DNA of 64,000 bases from Nitrospinota bacterium (GCA_036231405.1 JAZAHK010000028.1:575-64574); one strand, 5' to 3'. Shown: positions 1 to 13,103, counted from the stretch's first letter. Notes: generated by a model not told the origin, from the sequence alone. A program made the numbers and translations.

Positions 1-512
1 ATCTTCAGCCCGGCGCCGTTTTCTCCTATGTGGTGAATTGATTCCCCGATAACTTCAAGAACATCTTTGTGCTTTTCCATTTCCTCCCTATCTCCTCCTA
101 CCATAATTGCGAGTGTTCCTTCGATTGCGTGGGGTGCACTCCCACTCACTGGAGTATCAAGAAAGACAACACCATATTTTTTTGCTTCTTCTGCAATTTT
201 TACACTGCCTTCAGGTGTAATGGTTGATAGGTCAAAACAAACCGTTCCCTTAGATGCGCTTATTAATGCCCCTTTTTCTCCTAAATAAGCTTCGGTAACA
301 TCATTTGTTTCAGGGACAGAACTTAATATTACATCGACTTCCTTACATGCTTCGGCAGGTGATGAAAAAGTTTCTATACCGTTTTGTTGAGCTTTCTGAC
401 ACGCTTCGTCAAAGGGGTCATAGCCGTTTACCTCAAACCCTGCTTTTGAAAGATTATTTGCCATCGCACCGCCCATGGTTCCTAATCCGAGGAATGCTAT
501 TTTTTTACTCAT
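1..512 (-). CDS. NAD(P)-binding 3-hydroxyisobutyrate/6-phosphogluconate dehydrogenase-family oxidoreductase, N-terminal ~170 aa (C-terminus beyond window start)
   Basis: Manual minus-strand translation from ATG at 512..510: MSKKIAFLGLGTMGGAMANNLSKAGFEV...VLEVIGESIHHIGENGAGLK. It has a Rossmann GxGxxG motif and is open to position 1. A GGAGG RBS lies 8 nt upstream. It is absent from the ORF track because it runs off the window. Confidence 0.8.
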   Translation of the reverse strand, partial: MSKKIAFLGLGTMGGAMANNLSKAGFEVNGYDPFDEACQKAQQNGIETFSSPAEACKEVDVILSSVPETNDVTEAYLGEKGALISASKGTVCFDLSTITPEGSVKIAEEAKKYGVVFLDTPVSGSAPHAIEGTLAIMVGGDREEMEKHKDVLEVIGESIHHIGENGAGLK

Positions 513-577
513 TATATATCCCCTCCAAGGTAAAACTCTTTATATAGGTTTAAAAATGTCTTGTAAGTTTTGTTGAA

Positions 578-874
578 TTATAGACTGCTTTCTCCTCCGT
601 AAACTTTATGTCTAGGCCTGTCTTTTAATACTTCTGCTTTTCCCCAATCTGTGACGTTTTTAAAAGCGTCGCTTCTAATAAAAGTAGTAAAATCTTCTTT
701 TGTTTCCCATTCTGAAATTATCGTATAAGAATTTGGTTTTTTGACTTGATGATATAATAAACTTTGAACGTGGCCTGGAAGATCTTGAAGTACATTAGAC
801 ACTGCCTCAAATTTTTCTTCAAAAACGTGTTCTTTCCCTTCTATAATTTCATAGTACATGCCTACAGTTATCAC
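578..874 (-). CDS. antibiotic-biosynthesis-monooxygenase (ABM/Dabb) domain protein
   Basis: 98-aa ORF. The MYYEIIEGKEHVFEEKF ... ISEWETKEDFTTFIRSDAF pattern is typical of the ABM ferredoxin-like fold. Confidence 0.6.
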   Translation of the reverse strand: MITVGMYYEIIEGKEHVFEEKFEAVSNVLQDLPGHVQSLLYHQVKKPNSYTIISEWETKEDFTTFIRSDAFKNVTDWGKAEVLKDRPRHKVYGGESSL

Positions 875-901
875 GATTTCTCCTTCTATTTCAAAAATTG
901 T

Positions 902-1768
902 TTAAAGATATTTTTCTGTTAATTTGTCGAAACTTTCTTTCCCTAATAACTCATTATATTCGCTGAATGTTGACATCAGGTGGCTCTTCGATTTTACAGA
1001 ATTCTCTTCTCTTAAGGTATCAAGTATTTCAGAAATTGATTTTAAATATGTACATCTAATGATTCCAGGAAAGATAATTAATTTAAACCCCATCTTTCCT
1101 AGTTCTTCGACTGAAAAAGCAGGCTCTTTTCTAGATTCATCTATTGTGGTTGCATATTTTCCAGGTACATTGCGGCTGATGTTCTCAAAATCTTCTGCAT
1201 CACCTTCTATTTCAATGAAAGTTAGATCTGCACCGACTTCCTCAAATAGAATAGCCCTTTTAATTGCCTCTTCAATCCCGTGATCTGCAGCTGCATCTGT
1301 TCGGGCAATGATTAAAAGATTTTCATCTCTTCTGGTGTCAAGAGCGGCTTTCAGCTTTCCTAGTTGTTCATCGATAGATACGACAGGTTTTGACCCAGGG
1401 AAGTGACCGCAACGTTTGGGCGTGACCTGGTCTTCTAATTGTATACACGAGACCCCTACAGTTTCTAGTTCCTGCACGGTTCTTATAACATTTAACGCAT
1501 TGCCATAACCTGTATCTGCGTCTGCAATAAGTGGGATTTTTGTAGCTTTGACAATATTTCCACAAATTGTTGTCATTTGACTCATCGTCATGAGTCCTAT
1601 ATCAGGTTGCCCTAGAATAGAAGCGGATGCTCCGTTACCTGAAAGGTAGTTAGCATGGAATCCCGATTTTTCAACCATTTTTGCGCTAAATGCATCTATA
1701 CATCCAGGCACGATAATAGGTTTTTCATTTTCTATTAGATTTCGTAGATTTTTATTTTTCTCTTCCAT
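902..1768 (-). CDS. isocitrate lyase/PEP mutase family enzyme (methylisocitrate lyase or carboxyvinyl-carboxyphosphonate phosphorylmutase-like)
   Basis: 288-aa ORF containing GCIDAFSAKMVEKSGFHANYLSG...IPLIADADTGYGNALNVIRTVQELETVGVSCIQLEDQ...KRCGH, the PEP-mutase/ICL signature. Confidence 0.8.
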   Translation of the reverse strand: MEEKNKNLRNLIENEKPIIVPGCIDAFSAKMVEKSGFHANYLSGNGASASILGQPDIGLMTMSQMTTICGNIVKATKIPLIADADTGYGNALNVIRTVQELETVGVSCIQLEDQVTPKRCGHFPGSKPVVSIDEQLGKLKAALDTRRDENLLIIARTDAAADHGIEEAIKRAILFEEVGADLTFIEIEGDAEDFENISRNVPGKYATTIDESRKEPAFSVEELGKMGFKLIIFPGIIRCTYLKSISEILDTLREENSVKSKSHLMSTFSEYNELLGKESFDKLTEKYL

Positions 1769-1965
1769 GCGACCTTCATATTATAAAAATGAGAGACTTA
1801 TCAGACGTTCTCTTATACTCTATTTTATGTCAAGTATTAGTAATGAAAGTATAATTTATAAATTAGTTAAAGTATGATTTATTTGTTTTTATGATTTCTT
1901 CTATCCGAGGTAAACTTAGCCCAGAGAATTTTAAGTGAACTTTTGATTTCGGAGAATGGTTTTAT

Positions 1966-3399
1966 ATGTCCCTTATACATCATGCCGCATCAAATTCTTT
2001 ATGGGTTTTTTTAGGCAGAGTATCCGAGAGAATTGTCAGAATTGTGGTTGTAATTTTTCTGGCTAGAATCATCGGCCCAAATAAATTTGGGATATATTCT
2101 TACGCATTTGCAATCGCTGAAATTTTTGCGGTAATCGCTGAAGCAGGCATGCAAAGAATTGTTGTCAGGGAGATCGCTTCAGATTCAGAAAACTCCTCGG
2201 ACATTTTTGGGGCTGGATTGATCCTCAGAATGGTTTTTTCTTTTATTAGTTGGCTTGCAATTTGTGTAGTCGCGATTTTGTTTGTTTCTTCCCCTCTTCA
2301 GCGATGGTCTATTTTGTCTGCCTCGTTAATTGTATTTGTTTCTTTTAGGGTTGCTTCTTTGAGACAAGTTTTTGATGCTCCATTTGAAGCAAAATTAGAA
2401 ATGGGATTACCCTCTTGTGTTTTTGTTCTCAGCGAATTGGTTGCAGGCTTGGCCCTTGTTCTCTTTGCTAGTATGAATTTCTCTATACCATCAATAATTT
2501 TCATTGAACTTTTTTTTCTTGGAATTGGTTCTTTGGTTTTGTTCTTCTTTTCGATAAGAAAATTAAAACCAAATTGGAATTTTAATTTTCCGATGTGGAA
2601 ACGGTTGTTGAGTTTTTCATTCCCTATCGCAGTTGCTAATTTTTTTCTGATTGCATACACACGCGGCGATCTTTTAATGCTCGAATGGATTAAGGGTTCA
2701 GACTCTGTGGGCATATATTCGTCTGCTATAAGACTTACTGGTTCACTCCAAATTCTTCCGATGGCTCTCACAACCACTCTGTTACCCATTATAAGTTATA
2801 AGTTTGTCTCTTCTGAGACAGAAAATATAAGAGAGATATATAGGGGAGTCTTCTCTATTTTACTCGTATTTGGAGTGTTTGTAGGTTTTTCTTTATACTT
2901 CATGTCTTCAAAAGTTATACAGTTAATGTATGGTTCCGATTATATTGCTGCAGTGGTTCCTTTGCAGATTTCAGGTTGGACGCAGATTTTTAGTTTCTTA
3001 TTATACCTTCTGACAACTATGATAATTGGCATCGGATATGAAAAATACTTCATGATTTATGGAGCGTTTCTTTTTTTATTGAAAATAATTTTAAATCTCA
3101 TCCTAATCCCTGATTACGATTATGTGGGTGCAAGTTTGTCTTCTTTCATTACTGAATTTTTATTAATGATAGCTGTGATTGTTTTTCTTGGAAAAAGAGT
3201 TTCATATCCTTCAATTAGGGCATCTGGAGTAGTAGTTTTAAGTACTATTTTTGCTTGGTCGATATCTAATTATGTTCCAGTGATACCATTAATTCAGTTT
3301 TTGTTAGCAGTGCTAGTTTATTTTGTGTCTGTTTTTTCTTTAGGTGGAATTACTGGAGAAGGTCTTAATGCTATTCGACGTCTTTTATATAAGAGTTAA
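1966..3399 (+). CDS. polysaccharide/O-antigen flippase (Wzx-like, MOP superfamily) membrane protein
   Basis: 477 aa, highly hydrophobic with about 12-14 predicted TM segments. It heads a glycosyltransferase cluster. Confidence 0.7.
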   Translation: MSLIHHAASNSLWVFLGRVSERIVRIVVVIFLARIIGPNKFGIYSYAFAIAEIFAVIAEAGMQRIVVREIASDSENSSDIFGAGLILRMVFSFISWLAICVVAILFVSSPLQRWSILSASLIVFVSFRVASLRQVFDAPFEAKLEMGLPSCVFVLSELVAGLALVLFASMNFSIPSIIFIELFFLGIGSLVLFFFSIRKLKPNWNFNFPMWKRLLSFSFPIAVANFFLIAYTRGDLLMLEWIKGSDSVGIYSSAIRLTGSLQILPMALTTTLLPIISYKFVSSETENIREIYRGVFSILLVFGVFVGFSLYFMSSKVIQLMYGSDYIAAVVPLQISGWTQIFSFLLYLLTTMIIGIGYEKYFMIYGAFLFLLKIILNLILIPDYDYVGASLSSFITEFLLMIAVIVFLGKRVSYPSIRASGVVVLSTIFAWSISNYVPVIPLIQFLLAVLVYFVSVFSLGGITGEGLNAIRRLLYKS

Positions 3400-3438
3400 T
3401 TAATTTAGTAAAAATAGAATTTTATGTAGAGGAAAACT

Positions 3439-4608
3439 TTGGTTAGAACAAATCTTAGAAAATACAGTTACAAGAAGGTTTTTCCTAGATTTTGTTTTGG
3501 CATACTCGATTTTATAGGATTTTTATTTTTTTCAAGAAAAAGAGACATCCCCAAAAATATTTCTAATATATTAGTTTTTCGTCCTGACCATTTAGGCGAT
3601 GTAGTTTTTTCCATCCCATCATTAGAAATTTTAAAAGAGAAATTTCCTGATGCGCAAATTGATATTTTAATAGGGCCTTGGTCTTCATCTCTGATAAAAA
3701 ACACTACTCAATTTGATAGTAATAATTTTCATATTTTAGAGTACGCATGTCCCTGGCTCAATCGCCCGAAGATTGTGAAATTTGGTTTTTTATCCATTTT
3801 TCAGATAGTTAAATTACTCAAGGATAGAATGCTTGAAATAGGGAGAACTTACGATATTGCGATAGATTTAAGAGGTGATTTTCAACTGATCATGGCCGCA
3901 CGTATCGCTCGAATTCCATTTTTGGCGGGACGAGGATCGACAGGTTTAGGTTTCCTACTTGATACAGATGTCCGAATTTTTGAAGACAGACACCTTGTAG
4001 AAAGTAATCTATTTCTTCTAGAAAAATCTGGTCTCGGTGAATTTCCGTTTAAGGAACCAGAGATAAAAATTTCTTCAGAAAATAAAGACAGAGGGAGTTC
4101 TATACTTCGCGAAAATGGAGCTAATTTTTTAAAGCCTCTAATTGGGATTCACCCCGGCGCAGGCCTTGGAGATAAAAGATGGCCATCTGAAAAAATGGCT
4201 GCACTGGTGGAGAGGTTTTTGCTCAAGAAAAGATATCAAGTTGTTTTATTGGGTGGACCTGACGACAAACAACTTATCCAAAAACTTTTAGAATTTCTTC
4301 CTCCACTTTTGAAAGAAGAGGTGATTGATTTGTCTGGCAAAGTTAATTCCCTTAGAACCTTTATGGGAGTTATTAAAAATATCAATCTATACATTGGGAA
4401 TGATTCTGGTCCTACACACATTGCTTCTGCTATAAATGTACCTGTAGTTTGTATTTTTCAGGGAACGAATGATCCTTCTATATGTCGTCCGCTTGGGAAT
4501 TCCGCATTTACAGTTTCTGCAGAGCCTAAAAATCGAAAAAGGATTCAGAAGGAGTATCCCCCTCCTTCTTTTGAAGAGGTTTGTAAGGTGGTTGATCGAT
4601 GCGTATAG
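3439..4608 (+). CDS. glycosyltransferase family 9 (ADP-heptose:LPS heptosyltransferase-like)
   Basis: Motifs LVFRPDHLGDVVFSIPSL, GIHPGAGLGDKRWP and YIGNDSGPTHIASAINVPVVCIF are typical of RfaF/RfaC-type GT9. The TTG start is taken from the ORF track, so the N-terminus is uncertain. Confidence 0.75.
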   Translation: MVRTNLRKYSYKKVFPRFCFGILDFIGFLFFSRKRDIPKNISNILVFRPDHLGDVVFSIPSLEILKEKFPDAQIDILIGPWSSSLIKNTTQFDSNNFHILEYACPWLNRPKIVKFGFLSIFQIVKLLKDRMLEIGRTYDIAIDLRGDFQLIMAARIARIPFLAGRGSTGLGFLLDTDVRIFEDRHLVESNLFLLEKSGLGEFPFKEPEIKISSENKDRGSSILRENGANFLKPLIGIHPGAGLGDKRWPSEKMAALVERFLLKKRYQVVLLGGPDDKQLIQKLLEFLPPLLKEEVIDLSGKVNSLRTFMGVIKNINLYIGNDSGPTHIASAINVPVVCIFQGTNDPSICRPLGNSAFTVSAEPKNRKRIQKEYPPPSFEEVCKVVDRCV

Positions 4609-5702
4609 GAATTGATACTCGAATGTTTTCCATGAGCGGTATCGGAACTTATTTGAGAAATTTGATCGAAGGGCTCGGAGAATTAGACAGAAATAACGAG
4701 TATATACTGATTATGCATCCATCAGACATTATAAACTTTACATTACCCGGTTCAAATTTCACTATAATACCATCTAGTGCTCGCCCTTATTCGCTTTCTG
4801 AGCAAATTGTCTTGCCAAGGGTAGTTCACAAGTTAGGGCTTGACCTTATTCATTATCCCCATTATTTTCAGCCTGTTTTTGGAAGAACTCCGGTTGTTGT
4901 TACGATTCACGATATGATTCATCAATTATTTCCAGAATTCTGTCCCTCATATCTACATTGGAAGATCTCTTGGCTGATGATAAAGAGAGTAGTGAGGAGG
5001 TCTCGCATTGTTTTAACTGTTTCTAAAAATTCTGCTAATGACCTCACTGAGAGGCTTGAAGTCAGTAAAGAAAAAGTGAGAGTAATCTATAATTCATTAC
5101 CAAAAAATTGGGGAAGTAGTAGTGACAAGACAATTCCTTTGAGTTTAAAGGATTTTCTCGCAGAACGACCATATTTCTTGTACGTAGGTAATCATAAATT
5201 ACATAAGAATATTCCCTTTTTGCTCAAAGCTTTTTCGAACTTAAAGATGAAAAATGAACATATAACTCTAGTGTTAACTGGTGATTCTAAAAGTTTTCAG
5301 CCTTTGATTTCTAGTCTTTCTCTCAGTTCGCACGTTTTTTTTCTTGGAAATATTAATTTAGAAAGTCTCCAGAGTATTTATTCTAATGCGCATGCTCTTG
5401 TTTTACCTTCTTTTTACGAGGGTTTTGGATTGCCTGCTCTTGAGGCAATGAGTTTGGGGATTCCTCCCATTGTATCTGATGCAGGTTCCTTACCCGAAGT
5501 AGTTGCAGATGCTGGTATTGTTTTTCCTGTTTCTGATATGCCTGCTCTCGAGAGGGCAATGTTTGAAATCATCGAAGATGCTAAACTGAGAAATGATTTG
5601 TCAAAGAAATGTTTAGAAAGAGCAGCATCTTTTTCTTTGTCTGAGTCAGCAAGACAGACTTTATCTTCTTATAGAGATGCTGTAGAAAATTACAAAGGAT
5701 AA
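4599..5702 (+). CDS. glycosyltransferase family 4 (GT-B fold)
   Basis: C-terminal EGFGLPALEAMSLGIPPIVSDAGSLPEVV motif (the E-x7-E region of GT4). Overlaps the upstream gene by 10 nt. Confidence 0.8.
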   Translation: MRIGIDTRMFSMSGIGTYLRNLIEGLGELDRNNEYILIMHPSDIINFTLPGSNFTIIPSSARPYSLSEQIVLPRVVHKLGLDLIHYPHYFQPVFGRTPVVVTIHDMIHQLFPEFCPSYLHWKISWLMIKRVVRRSRIVLTVSKNSANDLTERLEVSKEKVRVIYNSLPKNWGSSSDKTIPLSLKDFLAERPYFLYVGNHKLHKNIPFLLKAFSNLKMKNEHITLVLTGDSKSFQPLISSLSLSSHVFFLGNINLESLQSIYSNAHALVLPSFYEGFGLPALEAMSLGIPPIVSDAGSLPEVVADAGIVFPVSDMPALERAMFEIIEDAKLRNDLSKKCLERAASFSLSESARQTLSSYRDAVENYKG

Positions 5703-5706
5703 TATC

Positions 5707-6885
5707 TTGCGAGTTGCAATCATACATGACTGGCTTACAGGGATGAGAGGTGGGGAAAATTGCCTAGAAGTTTTTTGTGAAATCTTTCCGGATGCAGATC
5801 TTTTCACATTAATTCACATCCCTGGTTCAGTATCTCCTACTATTGAGAAATTAAACATACAAACAAGTTTTCTTCAGCATTTGCCAATGTCTTATTCCCA
5901 CTACAGAGAGATGCTTCCGTTGATGCCAAATGCAATTCGAATGTTTGAACTAAGAGACTACGACTTTATTCTTTCCAGTAGCCACTGTGTTGCAAAAGGA
6001 GTGTTGGGAGGGCCAAATACATACCATCTATGTTACTGTTACACTCCAATGAGATACGCTTGGAGCGCGTATGAAGAATATTTTGGAGATGGTAGGGTCA
6101 AATGGCCTATGACACTTTTTATCCCTAAAATAATGAAATATTTGAGACGATGGGATTTTGAGTCCAACTCTGGTGTAAATGATTTTGTGGCAATAAGCCA
6201 TGCAGTTTCTGAAAGGATACAGAAATATTATGAAAGAAGTTCTAAAATTTTATATTGTCCAGTAAATACAGATCTTTTTCGACCTACGAGTGAAAGTCGA
6301 GATGATTATTATCTAGTTGTTTCTGCATTTGCCCCTTATAAGAGAATTGATCTTGCAGTTAAGGCATTTAACTTCTTAGGGTTACCCCTTAAAGTGGTGG
6401 GGGGCGGACAGGACTTTGAAGCTGTTCGAAAAATTGCGAATTCAAATATAGAATTTCTAGGGTGGAAGACAGGCAAGCCGCTCGTGGATCTCTATTCGAA
6501 GTGTCGTGCTTTCATTTTCCCTGGAGAAGAAGATTTTGGTATTACTCCATTGGAGGCACAGGCCTGTGGAAGGCCCGTTATTGCCCTAGGTGCTGGTGGG
6601 GCTCTTGAGACTGTGATAGGTGTAAATAGGGAAGATTTTTCAATACCGATTGGAGAGAATACGTCTCATCAATCTGAAAGTAGTCCTACAGGTCTTTTTT
6701 TTAAAAGCCCTGAAGTAGAAGATTTAGTAGAAGCTATTAAGTATTTCGAGAAGCATGAATTTCTTTTTAGCTTTGAGGGTGCTCGTGCTCAAGCTGAACA
6801 TTTTAGCCGTCATAAATTTAAGAAAGATGCAACGGAAATGTTTATGAGTTCATTTGAAACTCATAAGATAAAAAACAAAGTTTAA
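5707..6885 (+). CDS. glycosyltransferase (GT4-like)
   Basis: N-terminal MRVAIIHDWLTGMRGGE and C-terminal FIFPGEEDFGITPLEAQACGRPVIA motifs. TTG start from ORF track. Confidence 0.7.
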   Translation: MRVAIIHDWLTGMRGGENCLEVFCEIFPDADLFTLIHIPGSVSPTIEKLNIQTSFLQHLPMSYSHYREMLPLMPNAIRMFELRDYDFILSSSHCVAKGVLGGPNTYHLCYCYTPMRYAWSAYEEYFGDGRVKWPMTLFIPKIMKYLRRWDFESNSGVNDFVAISHAVSERIQKYYERSSKILYCPVNTDLFRPTSESRDDYYLVVSAFAPYKRIDLAVKAFNFLGLPLKVVGGGQDFEAVRKIANSNIEFLGWKTGKPLVDLYSKCRAFIFPGEEDFGITPLEAQACGRPVIALGAGGALETVIGVNREDFSIPIGENTSHQSESSPTGLFFKSPEVEDLVEAIKYFEKHEFLFSFEGARAQAEHFSRHKFKKDATEMFMSSFETHKIKNKV

Positions 6886-6902
6886 TTTCAAGGGGATTCG
6901 TT

Positions 6903-8306
6903 TTGATTTTAAAACGTTATGGGCAATTGAATGTTTTTTTGCTCTGTGTTTCTGACATCATAGCGCTAATTCTAACTTGGTTTTTTTCATTTTACCTCCG
7001 CTTTACGGTGGAGATAATTCCTGTCCGACTGGGACATCCTTATTTTTTTGATTATTTAATTTTATTGCCCTATGTTTTATTTTTATGGTTCATATCTGCA
7101 AGGATTACACATCTCTACGAATTTAGAATCGGTTTAAAAAGCACTCAAGAGATACTTCGTTTATCGGCAACAATTTTTTTAACTGTTCTTTTAATGATCG
7201 CAATAACATTTTTTTATAGGGAAACAAGTTATAGCCGGGTAATGTTTTTACTCTTTCTCATCATAAGTCCGGGTTTCTTATTTTTAATACGTCGTTTGTT
7301 TTGGTCGTTAATTCGCCGATTCCGAAGGCTTGAGATTGATTTCAAGAAAATCTTGATTGTGGGGACCTCTTCCCTTGCAACTAAGGTCGCAGAGCAACTT
7401 GAAGAGTTCCGTTATTTGGGCTTTCAGGTTGTTGGTTATATATCTGAGATTGAACCACCCCCTAATGCCATAGGTGGTTTTCCTGTTCTTGGTTCTTTAT
7501 CAGATGTTAAAGAGATAGTTGAATCTAATAAAATTGCAGAGGTTTACGTTGCGCTGACTTCTGGTTTCAATTCGGAACGGGAGAAATTGTTAAAGTCTCT
7601 CAATGATTCAAGTGTTGACCTCAGACTAGTTCCAGATTTAGTTGAGCATATGAGATTAAATGCAGGGATAGAACAACTTGGCGGACTCCCTGTGATTTTA
7701 TTGTCTCAATCTCCTCTTTTCGGTTGGAATACGTTTGTAAAACGTTTTATGGATATCATCATTTCATTTCTACTTGTGATCATTTTGTCTCCAATCTTAC
7801 TTTTGACTGCTCTTCTAGTTAAATTGGGCAGTTCTGGTCCGATTTTTTATGTGCAAGAGAGAATGGGATTAGACGGCATTTCTTTTCAGATGTATAAGTT
7901 TCGTTCTATGAGAATTGGTGCTGAATCAGAGACTGGACCTGTTTGGGCAAAATCTGATGATAATAGACGTACTTTTTTTGGATCTTTTCTTAGGAAATTA
8001 AATCTTGACGAACTTCCTCAATTGTTCAATGTTTTAAGAGGAGAGATGAGTTTAGTCGGTCCGAGGCCGGAAAGACCTTTTTTTGTTGAACAATTTAGAA
8101 GTACCGTTCCTGGATATATGCTACGACATAAGATGAAAAGCGGGATCACAGGTTGGGCGCAGGTAAATGGTTGGAGAGGAGATACTTCTCTTGAAAAAAG
8201 GATCGAGTTCGATTTATTTTATATAGAGAATTGGTCTGTTGGATTTGATTTGAAAATTTTATGGCTTACTCTATGGAAGAGTTTTTTGGATAAGAATGCG
8301 TACTAA
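6903..8306 (+). CDS. undecaprenyl-phosphate sugar phosphotransferase (WbaP/exopolysaccharide polyprenyl glycosylphosphotransferase family)
   Basis: TM N-terminus plus the conserved C-terminal block KFRSMRIGAE...DELPQLFNVLRGEMSLVGPRPERPFFV of bacterial sugar transferases. Confidence 0.85.
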   Translation: MILKRYGQLNVFLLCVSDIIALILTWFFSFYLRFTVEIIPVRLGHPYFFDYLILLPYVLFLWFISARITHLYEFRIGLKSTQEILRLSATIFLTVLLMIAITFFYRETSYSRVMFLLFLIISPGFLFLIRRLFWSLIRRFRRLEIDFKKILIVGTSSLATKVAEQLEEFRYLGFQVVGYISEIEPPPNAIGGFPVLGSLSDVKEIVESNKIAEVYVALTSGFNSEREKLLKSLNDSSVDLRLVPDLVEHMRLNAGIEQLGGLPVILLSQSPLFGWNTFVKRFMDIIISFLLVIILSPILLLTALLVKLGSSGPIFYVQERMGLDGISFQMYKFRSMRIGAESETGPVWAKSDDNRRTFFGSFLRKLNLDELPQLFNVLRGEMSLVGPRPERPFFVEQFRSTVPGYMLRHKMKSGITGWAQVNGWRGDTSLEKRIEFDLFYIENWSVGFDLKILWLTLWKSFLDKNAY

Positions 8307-8339
8307 AAATTATTTCACAAAAACAATCTTGGTTTTGGT

Positions 8340-10756
<2,417 letters not shown>

Positions 10757-10804
10757 TTTTCGTTAATCTTTTTATAGTTAATATTTTAAAAAGAGGGGGA
10801 TAAT

Positions 10805-11635
10805 TTGAGTTTGTCTCGACAAATTAAAATTGGAGATTCTGTAATTGGAGGAGATGCTTTTCCTTTCTTAATTGCAGGTCCCTGTGTTATAGAAAGTAAA
10901 GAAATTACGTTAGAGTGCGCTGAAGTACTAAAGCAGATTTCTTTAGACTTAAAAATAAATATAATTTTCAAATCATCTTTCGATAAGGCAAATAGGAGTT
11001 CTTCCTCTTCCTATCGAGGTCCTGGATTGAAGAAGGGAATGCAAATTCTTTCAGAAGTTAAACAAAAAACAGGGTTGCCAATTTTATCTGATGTACATTC
11101 TGTTTCTGATGTTGCTCATTCGAGTGAGGTTCTTGATGTTTTACAAATACCCGCTTTCTTATCTAGACAGACTGACTTAATTAAATCGGCCGCAGAATGT
11201 GGAAAAATCATTAACGTAAAAAAAGGCCAATTTCTATCTCCTTCAGATATAAAAAACGTAGTTTTAAAATTTGAAACATATGGCTGCCATGATGTTTTAA
11301 TCACAGAGAGAGGAACTACCTTCGGGTATAATGATTTGGTTTCCGATATGCGAGCTATTGTGAAAATGAGAGAAACTGGATGTCCAATTATTTTTGATGC
11401 ATCTCACAGTGTTCAAAGTCCTGGCTCTATGGGTAATAAAAGTGGTGGTGATAGGGATATGATTTTTCCATTAGCAAGAGCTGCGGCCGCTGTTGGTGTA
11501 GATGGATTTTTTATTGAATGTCATCCATCTCCGGAAAATGCACTGTCTGATGGACCTAGTATGTTGCGCTTAGAAGATTTGTACGAAGTGACAAAGACAC
11601 TTCTTGCGATAGATAATATAAGTCGAAATTTGTAG
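10805..11635 (+). CDS. kdsA: 3-deoxy-8-phosphooctulonate (KDO8P) synthase
   Basis: FLIAGPCVIES, QIPAFLSRQTDL and IFDASHSVQ motifs of the DAHP/KDO8P synthase family. Confidence 0.9.
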   Translation: MSLSRQIKIGDSVIGGDAFPFLIAGPCVIESKEITLECAEVLKQISLDLKINIIFKSSFDKANRSSSSSYRGPGLKKGMQILSEVKQKTGLPILSDVHSVSDVAHSSEVLDVLQIPAFLSRQTDLIKSAAECGKIINVKKGQFLSPSDIKNVVLKFETYGCHDVLITERGTTFGYNDLVSDMRAIVKMRETGCPIIFDASHSVQSPGSMGNKSGGDRDMIFPLARAAAAVGVDGFFIECHPSPENALSDGPSMLRLEDLYEVTKTLLAIDNISRNL

Positions 11636-11711
11636 ATTGTAGGGAAGTGAGTTTTAGCAGAAATTTAAAAACTGTTTGGTATACATTTTATAAATTAATA
11701 AAAGTGATTTC

Positions 11712-13043
11712 ATGCGATTTTATAGGAAGTCAATCTTTACAATCGTTTTTCTAACTTTTTGTATTTATTCTCCTTTCTCTTTTGATATCAGTTCGTTTTG
11801 TTTCTTTGAAAATGAAAATTGTTCTTTGTTCCACTTTAATATCCTCGAGTGTAGAACTAATCGTGAAAATAAAATTATAAACGATGAAATCAAGGTATTA
11901 GAAAAAAAAATCCAATTCCTACTAAATAAAGGAAAAAGAAAAGAAGCCATACAGGTTTTGAAAAAAGCATCGTCACTTGTAAGTGATAGGCAATCGATCT
12001 TGAAGCTTAAACTTGCAAATCTCTATTTTTTGCAATCTAAATTCTCTAAAGCCCTTGTCTCTCTGCGTGAGTTGTTATTTACAGAGCCCAAGAATGTTGA
12101 GGCGTGGATTCTCGCTGGAGATATTTACTTCAAGAGAAAAGATTTTCGAAAAGCTTTGGAAAACTACAAGAGTGCCTTGAATTACGATCAGAAAGATACA
12201 GTTGTTCGCGGGAGAATCAATTTAATCAAATCGATCATTTTAAAACAAAATTTTCCAAAACAAAAAGCTTCAAATGGGTCACATCCTATTGTTATTTCAA
12301 TAGAAGTTGAAAGATTATTTTTCTTAAAAAACTATGAAAAGGCAAAGCTGTTAATCGAAAAAAATTTAAAGTTTAATCCTAAGAGTCCTAAGCTTTTACT
12401 CTTAAAGGCAAAGACATATGAAAAACTGGGCTTTAGGAGTAAAGCAATTAAAGGATATAAAAACGTATTGAAAATTAATCCCGATTGGTTAGATGTCTAT
12501 GATAGTCTAGCTGGACTTTACCTTCGTGCCGGAATGTTTCGAAAAGCAATTAATGTTTATAAGGTCGCCGGTGCAATCCATAAAACAAATGTTGATATGT
12601 ATTTAAAAGCGGCCAAACTTTACCAAAAGAAAGGTCTATTCAAAGGTTCTCGGCAATTTCTTGAAAAAATTTTGAAAAAACATCCAGATTCGAAATTGCT
12701 GTTATCAGAATTGGGAGAACTGTTTTGGAAGGCAAAACAGATAGATAAATCAAAGAAGTACTATGAAAAGCTTCTTTTAAATTTTCCTGATTCTCATCGT
12801 GCTATGAATCGACTCGCCTGGTTTTGTTCTTTGAAAATGAATTGTTTAGATGAGGGGATTAAGATGTCTAGAAAATCTTTAGAACTGTCTCCGGACAATC
12901 CATCTTACTTTGATACTCTGGCAGAATTACACTACAAAAAGGGGGAACTTAAAAAGTCATATCAGTACATTAAGAAGGCAATTTTAATTGAGCCCAAGAA
13001 TATGTATTACAGATTACAACTTAGAAAGTTCAAAAAAAAATAA
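11712..13043 (+). CDS. TPR-repeat protein
   Basis: 443 aa of repeated 34-aa tetratricopeptide-like units, e.g. AWILAGDIYFKRKDFRKALENYKSALNYD. Confidence 0.7.
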   Translation: MRFYRKSIFTIVFLTFCIYSPFSFDISSFCFFENENCSLFHFNILECRTNRENKIINDEIKVLEKKIQFLLNKGKRKEAIQVLKKASSLVSDRQSILKLKLANLYFLQSKFSKALVSLRELLFTEPKNVEAWILAGDIYFKRKDFRKALENYKSALNYDQKDTVVRGRINLIKSIILKQNFPKQKASNGSHPIVISIEVERLFFLKNYEKAKLLIEKNLKFNPKSPKLLLLKAKTYEKLGFRSKAIKGYKNVLKINPDWLDVYDSLAGLYLRAGMFRKAINVYKVAGAIHKTNVDMYLKAAKLYQKKGLFKGSRQFLEKILKKHPDSKLLLSELGELFWKAKQIDKSKKYYEKLLLNFPDSHRAMNRLAWFCSLKMNCLDEGIKMSRKSLELSPDNPSYFDTLAELHYKKGELKKSYQYIKKAILIEPKNMYYRLQLRKFKKK

Positions 13044-13103
13044 TGACATTTTGATTTTTTTTTAATAAAATTCAATCATATTCTTAATTATGGGGGAATC
13101 AAA

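Noticed and set aside
67-547. Plus-strand ORFs 67..288 and 305..547
   Set aside because: They are antisense to a clean Rossmann-fold dehydrogenase N-terminus on the minus strand (1..512).
2298-2789. 163-aa minus-strand ORF inside the flippase gene. Likewise 924..1283, 16240..16674, 16834..17181, 24764..25078, 35462..36094, 35701..36027, 45306..46145 and 46940..47293.
   Set aside because: All lie antisense or out of frame within well-supported longer genes. They lack family resemblance and are typical shadow ORFs. The GC-rich ones at 35.4-36.1 kb are expected in high-GC DNA.
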